Of a DNA stretch of 24,405 nt, positions 16,442 to 24,405 are shown piece after piece (position 1 is the first letter of the stretch; every line of letters starts with the position of its first letter). The stretch spans positions 1 to 24,405 of the forward strand of contig CAYGAO010000014.1 in NCBI GenBank assembly GCA_964347715.1. Reading direction: 5' to 3'. The notes below the pieces were generated by a model that was not told where the DNA came from, did not search any database, and saw only the letters and a list, made by a program, of their open reading frames with translations. This DNA comes from an uncultured Acidobacteriota bacterium. GTDB lineage: Bacteria > Acidobacteriota > Vicinamibacteria > Marinacidobacterales > Marinacidobacteraceae. Both the position numbers and the translations under genes were made by a program.

Positions 16442-17737
16442 ATGACTCCCGGAACCATCGGAATCGCCATCGTCCTCGGGGCCACCGCGATCATGGCGAT
16501 CATCATCTTCATCAAGGCCCATGTCGTCGTCTGTGCGCCGAACGAGGCGGTGATCTTCTCGGGCCGGAAGCGGGGATTCCGGGTGATCCGCGGCGGGCGC
16601 GGCTTCCGCCGGCCGCTCATCGAGACCGTCTCCCGCATCTCGCTGAACACGATCCCGATCGAGGTGAAGGTCCAGAAGGCGCTCTCCGCCGGAATGATCT
16701 CGCTGAACGTCGAGGGGCTGGCGACGGTGAAGGTCTCGGGCGATACCGAGGGCGGACTGAACCAGGCTGTGGAACGCTTCCTCGGCAAGAGTCAGCACGA
16801 GATCCAGGCGGTGGCCCGCCAGACGGTCGAGGGCAGCCTGCGCGGCGTCCTCGCCACGAGGACCCCCGAGGAGGCGAACTCTCAGCGGCTCGGCGTGGCC
16901 GCCGCCGCCGCCGAGGCGGTGCGCGAGGACTTCGACCGGCTCGGGCTCGTGCTCGACACCTTCAAGATCCAGCACCTCTCGGATTCCGAGGGGTATCTCG
17001 ACGCGATCGGGCGCCAGCAGAGCGCCAGGGTGCGCCGCGACGCGCTCGTCGCCGAGGCCCGCGCCGAAGCGGAGGCGCGCGATGTGGCCGCCGAGGCGAA
17101 GCGCGATGCGGTGAAGGCGGAGTCCGCCGCCGAGCAGGAGATCGTGGACGCCGAGCACGCGGTGCGGATCCGCCGCGCCGAACGGGCCGCGAAGGCGAAT
17201 CAGGCCGAGGAGGTCGCCGAGATCGCGCGCCGGATCGCCCGGGTCGAGGAAGAGCGCCGGCTCGAGGACATCCGCGTCGAGCGCAACCGCCTCCGGGAGC
17301 AGGCGAACACGGTCGTTCCCGCCGAGGCGAAGGGCCGGGCCAGCGCGCTCGAGGCCGAGGGAGAGGCTGCCCGGATCCGCGAGAACGGCAAGGCCACCGC
17401 CGCCGCGCTGGCCGAGATCGAGGCGCAGTGGACCGACGAGAAGACGCGCGAGATCATGCTGCTGCAGATGCTTCCGCAGCTCGTCGACAAGGTGACCCAT
17501 GTGCTCCACGACAACCTCCATGTGGAGCGGCTGACCGTCGTGGACTCCGGAGACGGCAGCGCGCTCCCGACGCATGTGAGGGGGCTGACGGGTTCGATCG
17601 CGGCCTTCCTCGAGCAGCTGAAGACCTCGACCGGCGTGGACATCCCGGCGGTGCTCCACGGCAAGGGGCCGGACGGCGAGGGCGCCGGCGCGAAGCGGAG
17701 CTCCGCCCGCGGGCCGCTCGGACACAAGGGCCACTGA
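16442..17737 (+). CDS. SPFH/band-7 flotillin-like membrane protein
   Basis: ATG at 16442 (MTPGTIGIAIVLGATAIMAIIIF, a TM anchor), then the SPFH core (..CAPNEAVIFSGRK..RVIRGG..) and a long Ala/Glu/Arg-rich coiled-coil (EA repeats). The ORF-track start at 16211 is read-through of MITE copy c. Confidence 0.8.
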   Translation: MTPGTIGIAIVLGATAIMAIIIFIKAHVVVCAPNEAVIFSGRKRGFRVIRGGRGFRRPLIETVSRISLNTIPIEVKVQKALSAGMISLNVEGLATVKVSGDTEGGLNQAVERFLGKSQHEIQAVARQTVEGSLRGVLATRTPEEANSQRLGVAAAAAEAVREDFDRLGLVLDTFKIQHLSDSEGYLDAIGRQQSARVRRDALVAEARAEAEARDVAAEAKRDAVKAESAAEQEIVDAEHAVRIRRAERAAKANQAEEVAEIARRIARVEEERRLEDIRVERNRLREQANTVVPAEAKGRASALEAEGEAARIRENGKATAAALAEIEAQWTDEKTREIMLLQMLPQLVDKVTHVLHDNLHVERLTVVDSGDGSALPTHVRGLTGSIAAFLEQLKTSTGVDIPAVLHGKGPDGEGAGAKRSSARGPLGHKGH

Positions 17738-17821
17738 CCTTCCGGCGGGCGGGAGTCCGGTCGCCGGCGTTCGGCGCCGGTTGCAACCCGGGGCCGCCCC
17801 GCCCCGGCGTCTGATCGGGGC

Positions 17822-18568
17822 CTACGGTCGCCCCGCGGCGCGGGCGACGCCCGCTGCGAGTTCGGCTTCGGGGGCCAGGTAGCGCGACCCGATCACTCCG
17901 AGTCCCTCGTCGAGCCGGTAGGCGAGCGGGATCCCCGTCGGGATGTGACAGCGCTCGATGTCTTCCGGCGCGATCCCGTCGAGGTGCATGACGAGCGCCC
18001 GGAGGCTGTTCCCGTGCGCGACGACGAGCGTCGGACCCGACCGGAGATCCGGGACGATCGCGCGTTCCCAGTAGGGGACTACGCGCCGCCTGGTGTCCGC
18101 GAGCGACTCGGCGAGCGGGAGGCGGTCCGGGGGCACTTCGGCGTAACGCGGGTCGCGCTTCGGGCTCCTCGGGTCGTCGGGCGCGACTTCGGGCGGCCTT
18201 CGGTCGAAGCCGCGCCGCCAGGCGAGGGTCGTCGCCGCGCCGAAGCGCTGCTCGACCGCGGCCTTGTCCTTCCCCTGAAGGGCTCCGTAGTGGCGCTCGT
18301 TCAGTTCCCAGGCCTGGCGAACCGCGATCTCGGGGCAGTCCATCCGGGACAGCGCCTCTTCGAGCGTGCGGATCGCCCGCACGAGCACCGAAGTGTGCGC
18401 GGCGGTCGGAACGATTCCCACCGCCCGGAGCCGGGCGCCGGCGCGGCGCGCCTGTTCGCGCCCGGTGTCCGTGAGCGGGACATCGGTCCAGCCGGTGAAC
18501 CGGTTCTCCCGGTTCCAGACGCTCTCGCCGTGACGCAGCAGGACGAGCGTCCGCTCCGCGCCTGACAC
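17822..18568 (-). CDS. gpmA: 2,3-bisphosphoglycerate-dependent phosphoglycerate mutase
   Basis: MSGAERTLVLLRHGESVWNRENRFTGWTDVPLTDTG.. (RHG catalytic His motif), 248 aa. Confidence 0.88.
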   Translation of the reverse strand: MSGAERTLVLLRHGESVWNRENRFTGWTDVPLTDTGREQARRAGARLRAVGIVPTAAHTSVLVRAIRTLEEALSRMDCPEIAVRQAWELNERHYGALQGKDKAAVEQRFGAATTLAWRRGFDRRPPEVAPDDPRSPKRDPRYAEVPPDRLPLAESLADTRRRVVPYWERAIVPDLRSGPTLVVAHGNSLRALVMHLDGIAPEDIERCHIPTGIPLAYRLDEGLGVIGSRYLAPEAELAAGVARAAGRP

Positions 18569-18850
18569 CGTTTCAGGCGCCGGCCGGTCGGATTCCGGAA
18601 CGCTGGCCGGCGGCGCGCGGCGCCGAACGAGCCGGTCGTGAGGCGTTCATGGATTCGGTGTCAGGCGACGGGGAATTCGACGGCCTCCCGTGAGCCCGGT
18701 CGGGTTCGGCCATTACGGTTTCGTCCGGCGACACCCCCATCTCGGGCGCCTCGCAACGAGCGCCTCCGCCTGCCGATCGCCGCCGCCGCCGTCTTTCCGG
18801 CCGCGGCGCGGATCCAGCGCGAAAGGCGGAACCTCGGGGCATCGGCGCGG

Positions 18851-19110
18851 AAGCGCTTCGATCCATCGTCCTCGCTCCGGCTCGTCGTGCTCGCTGGCAA
18901 CGGCGGGCGGCTCGGGGGGGCGGAAGCGCTCCGATCCATCGTCCTCGCTCCGTCTCGTCGTGCTCGCCGGCAACGGTGGGCGGCTCGGGGGGGCGGAAGC
19001 GCTCCGATCCATCGTCCTCGCTCCGTCTCGTCGTGCTCGCCGGCAACGGTGGGCGGCTCGGGGGGCGAAATCGAGCACGCCGATCCATCGTCCTCGATCC
19101 GGCTGCCGCG
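18851..19110 (+). repeat. 73-bp tandem repeat, about 3.3 copies (unit aagcgcttcgatccatcgtcctcgctccggctcgtcgtgctcgctggcaacggcgggcggctcgggggggcgg)
   Basis: Unit starts at 18851, 18924 and 18997 (period 73, >90% identity). A fourth unit is diverged. Because the period is not a multiple of 3, ORF-track frames shift between units. Confidence 0.85.
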
Positions 19111-19727
19111 GAGCCGGGCGTATCGGCGGGTCATGAACGGCGCGGTGGCCGGTGGTTCGGAGGCGCCGGCCATGCTCGCGGCGCCGACGCGAGGAACTGC
19201 CGATCGTGCGGCCCCCACCACACCTCGGGGTTCGCATCCGTCCTTCGGCGAACGCCCGGTGATCCTGCCGGTGTGCGCCGCGATCTGGCGGCGGCCTCTT
19301 CCCGGAAGGCGGCCTCTCGCGTGGGCACTGGGTTCGACAGGTTCCACAAGACCGGCGGGGACGGCGGATACCCGGGCGGCTCGGGCCGTCTTCGGTCCGG
19401 GTGAAGCGGAGGCGCCCGGGATCGAAGCGCGTCGAGGCGGCACTCCTGCGGGACCTGCAGTGGTAGCGCGCGCGGAGGAATTTCGAGGGTCGGATCGGCC
19501 GCCGGGAGGTCCCGCTCGGTGGGCGAAACGAGCATTCTAGTTTCCGGGAGGTGAAGAACCGTTCCGCAGGTGGCTCCGGAAGTTCTGTTGCTGGCGAGTC
19601 CGCCGGTGCGGGTGAAGATCGGCCCGGGCTCATTTCCCGCCGGGCGCGTGCCCGAATCCTGCCCGCAGCCTTGCCGTCGGCGACCACGCGGGGTTCCGGC
19701 CCTGCGGGGGCCTGCTTCGGATCGTGC

Positions 19728-19840
19728 CGGGGTCCGACGAATCGCTTCCGCGATTCGCCCCACCGTCTTTCGCGGGGAGGGGGACCCTCCCCGGCGGCGC
19801 TGCGCGCCGCGCCTGTACCCGAGGGACTTTCACTGCAGCC
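19728..19840 (-). mobile_element. MITE/REP-like element, copy d (A half only, inverted), ending directly at the plsC TGA stop
   Basis: cgaatcgcttccgcgattcgcccc...ctttcgcggggagggggaccctccccggcggcgct...gagggactttcactgcagcctg matches the reverse complement of the A half of copy e. The next 3 nt, TCA at 19843..19845, are the plsC stop. Confidence 0.75.
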
Positions 19841-19842
19841 TG

Positions 19843-20619
19843 TCAGGTGACCTTTCGGGGGGTCCACTCTTCACCGAGGGCTGCTTCGAAGACTGCCCGG
19901 ACCCTCGCCATGAGTTCGCTGACCTGCTCCCGGTCGTCCGGGTCCACTCCCGCCGTTTCGACGGGTTCGTGGTAGCGGACGCGCATCACGCCCGGATGGA
20001 TCAGGAAAGAGCCTCGCGGCATGACCTTCGCCGCTCCGCGCACGGTGATCGGAGCGACCGGAACGCCTGCCCGGATCGCGAGGCGGAACCCGCCGGCCTT
20101 GAAGGGCCCGAGTCTTCCGGTGCGGCTCCGGGTGCCCTCCGGGGCGATCACCAGCGATCGTCCGGCGCGAAGCGCCTCGCCCGCGGCCTCGAGGCTCGCG
20201 CGCGCGGCGACCGGGTTCCGGCGGTCCACCGGGATGAACCCCACCGCGCGGAACGCCCAGCCGACCAGGGGCACCCGGAACGCCTCCTTCTTGATCAGGG
20301 TGGTGTGCACCCCCGGCAGCAGGTAGAGCACCAGCGGCATGTCGAGCAGGGATACATGGTTCACCAGGTAAACCCGGGTGCGCCGCGGTTCGAGCCGGTT
20401 CCGGTCGCGCTCCTCGAACCGGATGCCGGTGATCCCCCAGCACACCCGGACGATGACGCGCCCGAGTTCGTAGCCGAGGCGGTGGCGGCCGCTGAACAGA
20501 TCTCCGAGCGGGATCAGGACGAGGCCGAGGATCAGGAGGACCGGCAGCGCGAGAGCGATTCCGGCCGTGCCGATGACCGCGCGGATGGTTCGCGGGGCGC
20601 CGAGCCCTTCTCCGGACAA
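19843..20619 (-). CDS. plsC: 1-acyl-sn-glycerol-3-phosphate acyltransferase (lysophospholipid acyltransferase)
   Basis: N-terminal TM helix, acyltransferase motif I YLVNHVSLLDMP (HX4D) and motif III VIAPEGTRSRTG. Confidence 0.8.
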   Translation of the reverse strand: MSGEGLGAPRTIRAVIGTAGIALALPVLLILGLVLIPLGDLFSGRHRLGYELGRVIVRVCWGITGIRFEERDRNRLEPRRTRVYLVNHVSLLDMPLVLYLLPGVHTTLIKKEAFRVPLVGWAFRAVGFIPVDRRNPVAARASLEAAGEALRAGRSLVIAPEGTRSRTGRLGPFKAGGFRLAIRAGVPVAPITVRGAAKVMPRGSFLIHPGVMRVRYHEPVETAGVDPDDREQVSELMARVRAVFEAALGEEWTPRKVT

Positions 20620-20875
20620 GGTGTCGGGGCGGTCAGGCTCCGGGCCGACCGGTAAGCAGGAACGACCCCCGGTGTATCGACAGGAGAGCCACGGGCGAGC
20701 GACGGGAGCCGTCGGGCCCTCGGCGGACGACGGGGTCTTCGGCGCATCCGCTGACGAGCCCCGCCGACCGGAGCGGCGCCGCCGGGATGGGCCGGCAGGA
20801 ACGCCGCGTGACCCGGTCCACCGGCGATTCGGGCCGACCCATCGCGCAGTCCCCGGGAGGCGGGCGCGCCGGGAC

Positions 20876-21511
20876 TCAGTAGCGGTTGATCGAGATCGAG
20901 ACCGGCCGCCGTCCGCGGTCCGTCTTCTTCCGGCGCCGCTTCACCTGCTTCGGCAGGGTGAGACTCGCCGCCCCGCCGGAGCTCGCATCCGCTTCGCCGT
21001 CGGCGCCGTTCTCCTCGAGCTTCCCGGTCCGGCTGCGACGGAGCGCCTCGCGAACCTTGCGCTCGACGGCCTCGACGGTCTCCTCGGCGACTTCGGCGAG
21101 CTCGGTCACGGTGAGCTGGTGCGCGCGGTCGAGCATTCGCTTCTCCCGGAAGGACAACGCCTTGCGCTCGCTCAGGTAGTAGAGGCCCTTGAGCACGCCG
21201 GCGACCTCGACGGGAGAACCGCTCCGCATCCGGTCCGAGTTGTCCTTGTAGCGCGTCTTCCAGTTCAGCTGCTCGTTCACGGCGCCGTGTTCGAGCTCGT
21301 CGAGCACCTCTTCCACATCGCTCTCGGTCATGATCGGGCGCAGCCCGACCTCATCCACCTTTTCGACCGGAACCATGACCAGAGTGGACTTCGTCAACAG
21401 GCGCAGCCGGTAGAAGCTGATTCCGCCAGCGCCCGCGTGGGACTCGATTCCCTCGACCACGCTGATCCCCTGATTCGGGTAGATGACCTTGTCTCCCACT
21501 TCGAACTGCAT
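20876..21511 (-). CDS. CarD/CdnL-family RNAP-binding transcriptional regulator with an extra basic C-terminal tail
   Basis: MQFEVGDKVIYPNQGISVVEGIES.. (CarD_CdnL_TRCF N-domain), 211 aa, ending ..KQVKRRRKKTDRGRRPVSISINRY. Confidence 0.8.
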   Translation of the reverse strand: MQFEVGDKVIYPNQGISVVEGIESHAGAGGISFYRLRLLTKSTLVMVPVEKVDEVGLRPIMTESDVEEVLDELEHGAVNEQLNWKTRYKDNSDRMRSGSPVEVAGVLKGLYYLSERKALSFREKRMLDRAHQLTVTELAEVAEETVEAVERKVREALRRSRTGKLEENGADGEADASSGGAASLTLPKQVKRRRKKTDRGRRPVSISINRY

Positions 21512-21647
21512 GAACTCTCAGCGACCCCTCCCGTGAGATTCAGGAAACGAACGGAACCCGGAATTCTACCATGAATGGTCATCCGGTCGGGGACGGGCGG
21601 ATAGACTACGGACCGCGCAATCGGTCCCGGAGTGGCGCAGCAGGCCG

Positions 21648-21732
21648 GCCGGAGTGGCGGAATTGGCAGACGCACGGGACTCAAAATCCCGCGGTCCCCT
21701 GGACCATGAGGGTTCGAGCCCCTCCTCCGGCA
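21648..21732 (+). tRNA. tRNA-Leu (anticodon CAA), class II with long variable arm; CCA not encoded
   Basis: Acceptor gccggag/ctccggc, D-arm GGAATTGGCAGAC, anticodon stem cggga/tcccg with loop ctCAAaa, variable stem ggtcc/ggacc, T-arm gaggg-ttcgagc-ccctc, discriminator A. Confidence 0.85.
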
Positions 21733-21760
21733 CCGGGGCAGCGCGATCGGTGGCCCTTCG

Positions 21761-22264
21761 ATGATCCCTCCTGATCTGCTCGAGATCCTCTGCTGCCCCG
21801 AGACGCATCAGCGCGTCCTGGTGGCCCGGGCGCCGTTGCTGGCAGTCGTCGCCGAGGCGGCGCGGGGCGGCGGCCTGAAGACCGAGAACGGCGAACCGGT
21901 CACCGACCCGCCGAACAGCGGGCTGGTCCGGGAGGACGGGAAGTTCCTCTATCCGGTCCGGAACGGGATTCCGATCATGCTCGTCGAGGAGCGGATCCCG
22001 GTGCCCGAAGCCGCCGCGGCCACGCCTGACGAGCCCGCCCCGACCGCCGGCCGGGCCGAGCCGGACGACGATGTCGGGCCGTCCGCGGCGGGCGCCGGGT
22101 CAGCCGAGTCCGGGACGGAATCCGGGGCCGAATCGGGGGCGGGGTCCGGGGCGGGGTCCCGGGCGGGCCGCGGCGTCGCGCCGGGCGACACCCGCTCAGA
22201 CGATGAAGTTCAGGACGATGGCCACCCCGACCATCATGAAGTGGAGCCCCGCGCCGGGTCCTGA
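21761..22264 (+). CDS. Trm112-family small protein (UPF0434-like) with a long low-complexity Pro/Ala/Gly/Ser/acidic C-terminal extension
   Basis: MIPPDLLEILCCPETHQRVL...LYPVRNGIPIMLVEE matches the Trm112p-like fold signature. The extension may be partly read-through. Confidence 0.6.
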   Translation: MIPPDLLEILCCPETHQRVLVARAPLLAVVAEAARGGGLKTENGEPVTDPPNSGLVREDGKFLYPVRNGIPIMLVEERIPVPEAAAATPDEPAPTAGRAEPDDDVGPSAAGAGSAESGTESGAESGAGSGAGSRAGRGVAPGDTRSDDEVQDDGHPDHHEVEPRAGS

Positions 22265-22528
22265 GAGAAGCGCCCGGCGCATCGCCAGCGGCGGCCGGGC
22301 GAGCCTTCCCGCCACCGGCTCTTCGTCTCCGGGCAGTGGCGGCTCGGCGTCGCCGGAGAAGACGGCCTCGTAGAGGTGTTCGAGCCGGGCGTCGGCGCGG
22401 GTGAGCTGCGCATCGAACCACCACGCGGCGAGCGCGAACGGGACCGCGAGGAGCTGGAGGAACATCCAGCCCTGGAAGGCGCCGACCGCGACCGCGATCG
22501 TCACGCTCCCGACGCTCGCGCGCTTCAT
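22196..22528 (-). CDS. Hypothetical small membrane protein (2 predicted TM segments)
   Basis: Internal start MKRASVGSVTIAVAVGAFQGWMFLQLLAVPFALAAWWF... The longer ORF-track N-terminus (to 22828) runs through MITE copy e and is rejected. Confidence 0.3.
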   Translation of the reverse strand: MKRASVGSVTIAVAVGAFQGWMFLQLLAVPFALAAWWFDAQLTRADARLEHLYEAVFSGDAEPPLPGDEEPVAGRLARPPLAMRRALLSGPGAGLHFMMVGVAIVLNFIV

Positions 22529-22671
22529 CCAGAGGGACTTTCCCGCGACGACGGCCCGGATCTCCTGGATGCGGTCGAGAGCGGCGTCCCGTTCCGTGCG
22601 GGGCGGGGCCGGGGTGTCCGCCGGGCGCGAACGCGCGCGCGACGAGATCGGCGGCACGGCTCGGGTCTCAG

Positions 22672-22874
22672 CAGCCTGTGGAGAAAGTCCCTCGCGGGCC
22701 GAGGCGGCGCGGAGCGCCGCCGGGGAGGGGTGCGGCGAGGGACCTCCCGCCCCGCGAAAGCGGGCGGAACAGATCGCGCGAGCGATTCGGGCCGCCAGCC
22801 GGTGGGTCCGGACGACGGGGTTGCCCATCTCTTCGAGGACGGATTCCCATGCGGGGCATTTTCTCCACCGGCTG
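22672..22874 (+). mobile_element. MITE/REP-like structured element, copy e (full, + orientation), flanked by a 4-bp direct repeat TCAG. The right TCAG contains the stop codon of the DUF3467 gene
   Basis: cagcctgtggagaaagtccctcgcg...ggattcccatgcggggcattttctccaccggctg. The terminal inverted repeats are cagcctgtggagaaa and tttctccaccggctg. TCAG at 22668..22671 and 22875..22878. Confidence 0.88.
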
Positions 22875-23198
22875 TCAGTGGACGAGCGTGACCCCGGGGC
22901 TGCTCGGCTTCGGGGGCTCGTCGTTCTCCGCTTCCTCGACGGCGCGCAACTGCGTCTCGAGCATCTTGATCAGCGCCGGGACGAGCCGAAACGGCATCGT
23001 CACCCGCGCCTTCGGCTCGGCGTGCACGACCGCATCTTCGGTGATCTCGGTCGAGGCGAGGTCCTCCGGCTGGATTCCGGTGAGGCTGCAGAAGGTGAGC
23101 GTCAGGTCGAACGGCGAATGCGTGGCTTCGCAGAAGTTCGCGTACACCTCGGGGCAGGAGGCGTCCCGACGCGCCTTGATCTTGAAAGTCCGCTTCAT
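22875..23198 (-). CDS. DUF3467-family small protein
   Basis: ..VYANFCEATHSPFDLTLTF..KARVTMPFRLVPALIKMLETQLRAVEE resembles the DUF3467 pattern (..ITHSP.EFVLDF..). The stop codon lies inside the TCAG flank of MITE copy e. Confidence 0.5.
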   Translation of the reverse strand: MKRTFKIKARRDASCPEVYANFCEATHSPFDLTLTFCSLTGIQPEDLASTEITEDAVVHAEPKARVTMPFRLVPALIKMLETQLRAVEEAENDEPPKPSSPGVTLVH

Positions 23199-23233
23199 GG
23201 CGTCGCGCCTCCTCGAACGGCCGCAGAATCCGG

Positions 23234-23307
23234 TAGCGGGGGGCGGACTTGAACCGCCGACCTAAGGGTTATGAGTCCTTCGCTCTGACCGGCTGAGCTA
23301 CCCCGCC
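23234..23307 (-). tRNA. tRNA with anticodon CAT (elongator Met, or Ile2 if lysidinylated; not an initiator), CCA not encoded
   Basis: Reverse complement ggcggggtaGCTCagccggtcaGAGCgaaggaCTCATAAcccttaggtcGGCGGttcaagtCCGCCccccgcta. The 7-bp acceptor ends with a G1-U72 pair, the T-arm is ggcgg/ccgcc, and the anticodon stem has an A31-C39 mismatch. Confidence 0.8.
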
Positions 23308-23420
23308 GACCCGATTTCCGCGGAACCCACCAAGTGTACCACCGGCGGCCGATGGCCTCGTGCTTGCTCGCCGGATCGTCGCGTCGCCCCGCTGCCGGCG
23401 GGCGGCAAGGAGTTTCGCTC

Positions 23421-24017
23421 ATGCAGCAGAGAACGACCGTCTCGCCGGGTCCGAAGCACCTCGGACTCCTTCTCATCGCCCTCCCGTTCATGCTCACCGG
23501 CGCCGTTACGGCCGGGAGCGGACCCGCCGGAACCGTCCCGGCGGAGGGCGCCACGGCGCGGCCGCAGACCGAGAGGCGGGACCGCGCCCGGCGCCGCCCG
23601 CTGCGCGATGCCGCGTTCCGGCTCGAGCGATTCGCCGAGCGGCTCGAGCTGACCGAGGAGCAGCGCGACCAGTTGCGGGAAGTGCTGCGGGAGAACCGAG
23701 ACGGGCGGCGGGAGAGCGCCCGGGAGATCGCCGCGGCGCGCCGTTCGCTCCAGGAGGCGGTGCGCGATCCGGAGCGGCCCGACACGGAGATCCGGGAGCT
23801 GGGCGAGGCGCTCGGAAGGGCCCGGGCGGACGGGATCCTGCGAGCGCGCGCCGGGCGGAAACGGATCGCGACGATCCTGACCGAGGAGCAGCGCGCGCGG
23901 ATCGGGGCGCTTCGGGATCGGGGCCATCGGTCCCGGCGGTTCGACCGGGAGCGGCGCCGTTTCCCGAGGTGGCGCTTCGGGCGCGACCGGGCGCGTCCCC
24001 CGGGCGAAACCCGCTGA
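23421..24017 (+). CDS. Spy/CpxP-family periplasmic LTXXQ-motif protein
   Basis: ATG at 23421 with the SD sequence AAGGAG at 23407..23412. Signal peptide MQQRTTVSPGPKHLGLLLIALPFMLTGAVTA, then two LTxxQ motifs (LELTEEQRDQL, ILTEEQRARI). The ORF-track start at 23334 is an upstream extension. Confidence 0.7.
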   Translation: MQQRTTVSPGPKHLGLLLIALPFMLTGAVTAGSGPAGTVPAEGATARPQTERRDRARRRPLRDAAFRLERFAERLELTEEQRDQLREVLRENRDGRRESAREIAAARRSLQEAVRDPERPDTEIRELGEALGRARADGILRARAGRKRIATILTEEQRARIGALRDRGHRSRRFDRERRRFPRWRFGRDRARPPGETR

Positions 24018-24048
24018 CGACCGGCCTCGCCCCGGCCGGCCGCAGCGC

Positions 24049-24330
24049 TCAGGCCCGCGACTGCTCGCGTTCCTTCGCTTCTTCCTCTTCCAGTTCGAAC
24101 CTGGTCACTTCCTCTTCCGTCAGGACGCCGGCGTGCTTCCAGATCGGCTCCTGCGGACCCGGAGTGATTCCGTCGAGGTCCGGGTCCGGCCCGCCGTGGG
24201 GAGCCTGCCGAGCGTCGGCGGCCTTCTCGTGGGCCCGCTCGCGACGGCGGAGCTCCTTCGCCCGCTGCTTCGCGACGCGCTCCTTTTCCTTGCGCCGTTT
24301 CAGAAAGGTCTGGCGCGAGCGATTGGGCAT
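24049..24330 (-). CDS. Hypothetical small highly basic/acidic charged protein (93 aa)
   Basis: ORF only. KRRKEKERVAKQRAKELRRRERAHEK.. is charged coiled-coil-like, and MITE copy f lies 15 nt upstream of its start. Confidence 0.35.
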   Translation of the reverse strand: MPNRSRQTFLKRRKEKERVAKQRAKELRRRERAHEKAADARQAPHGGPDPDLDGITPGPQEPIWKHAGVLTEEEVTRFELEEEEAKEREQSRA

Positions 24331-24344
24331 GGCGGAAATCCTAG

Positions 24345-24405
24345 CAGGTCGTGGAGAAAGTCCCTCGCGCGCCGACGCGGCGCGAAGCGCCGCCGGGGAG
24401 GGGCC
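24345..24405 (+). mobile_element. MITE/REP-like element, copy f (start of the A half, truncated by the window end)
   Basis: caggtcgtggagaaagtccctcgcgcgccgacgcggcgcgaagcgccgccggggagggg aligns with the A half of copies b and e. Preceded by ...cctag. Confidence 0.75.

Noticed and set aside
14232-17734. 711-aa ORF 14232..16367(-) and 532-aa ORF 16136..17734(-)
   Set aside because: Antisense to glnA and to the flotillin gene. Their N-termini are translations of MITE copy c.
18573-19867. ORFs 18573..19088(-), 18638..19540(+), 18661..19443(-), 18713..19867(-) and 19131..19763(-)
   Set aside because: They overlap one another in several frames across a 73-bp (non-triplet) tandem repeat, with Arg/Pro/Ser-rich low-complexity products and no domain-like sequence.

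Overview
High-GC (~70%) bacterial chromosomal window with two distinct parts. The housekeeping backbone on the minus strand at the left is a secreted TPR/thioredoxin-like protein, a class I/II aminotransferase and a soluble lytic transglycosylase with 4-bp start/stop overlaps. After an accessory patch, an amt-glnK(PII)-glnA nitrogen block follows, then a flotillin-like SPFH protein, gpmA, plsC, a CarD-family regulator, tRNA-Leu(CAA), a Trm112-like protein, a DUF3467 protein, tRNA-Met(CAT) and a Spy/CpxP-like LTXXQ protein. A canonical tmRNA (ssrA, tag reading frame ...ANNELALAA*) sits at 5562..5934 and is followed by its own terminator. Immediately downstream lies a ~7 kb accessory patch. It contains an outer-membrane beta-barrel gene and an ABC-type AAA ATPase plus a truncated Toprim-like (DUF4276-like) partner, flanked by two ~430-500 bp direct repeats. 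Each repeat carries a phased 10-bp tandem array and a 3' fragment of the neighbouring AlbA_2/HATPase_c_4 (Schlafen-like) gene. The patch also holds an intact AlbA_2/HATPase_c_4 gene and a frameshifted, internally deleted remnant of a type ISP (Mrr-nuclease-helicase...C-terminal domain) restriction enzyme. A ~210-bp highly structured element with 16-bp terminal inverted repeats (MITE/REP-like) occurs in at least 6 full or partial copies, almost always abutting stop codons of flanking genes. A 73-bp tandem repeat (x3.3) lies in a 1.2-kb ORF-free region between gpmA and plsC. Most long plus-strand ORFs in the ORF track at 379..2161, 3396..5726, 6106..7458, 12863..14821(-), 14232..16367(-), 16136..17734(-) and 18570..19870 are GC-rich shadow frames and are rejected. 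Coordinates near 11071 may be off by 1 because my manual count and the ORF track disagree by one base; ORF-track values are used there.
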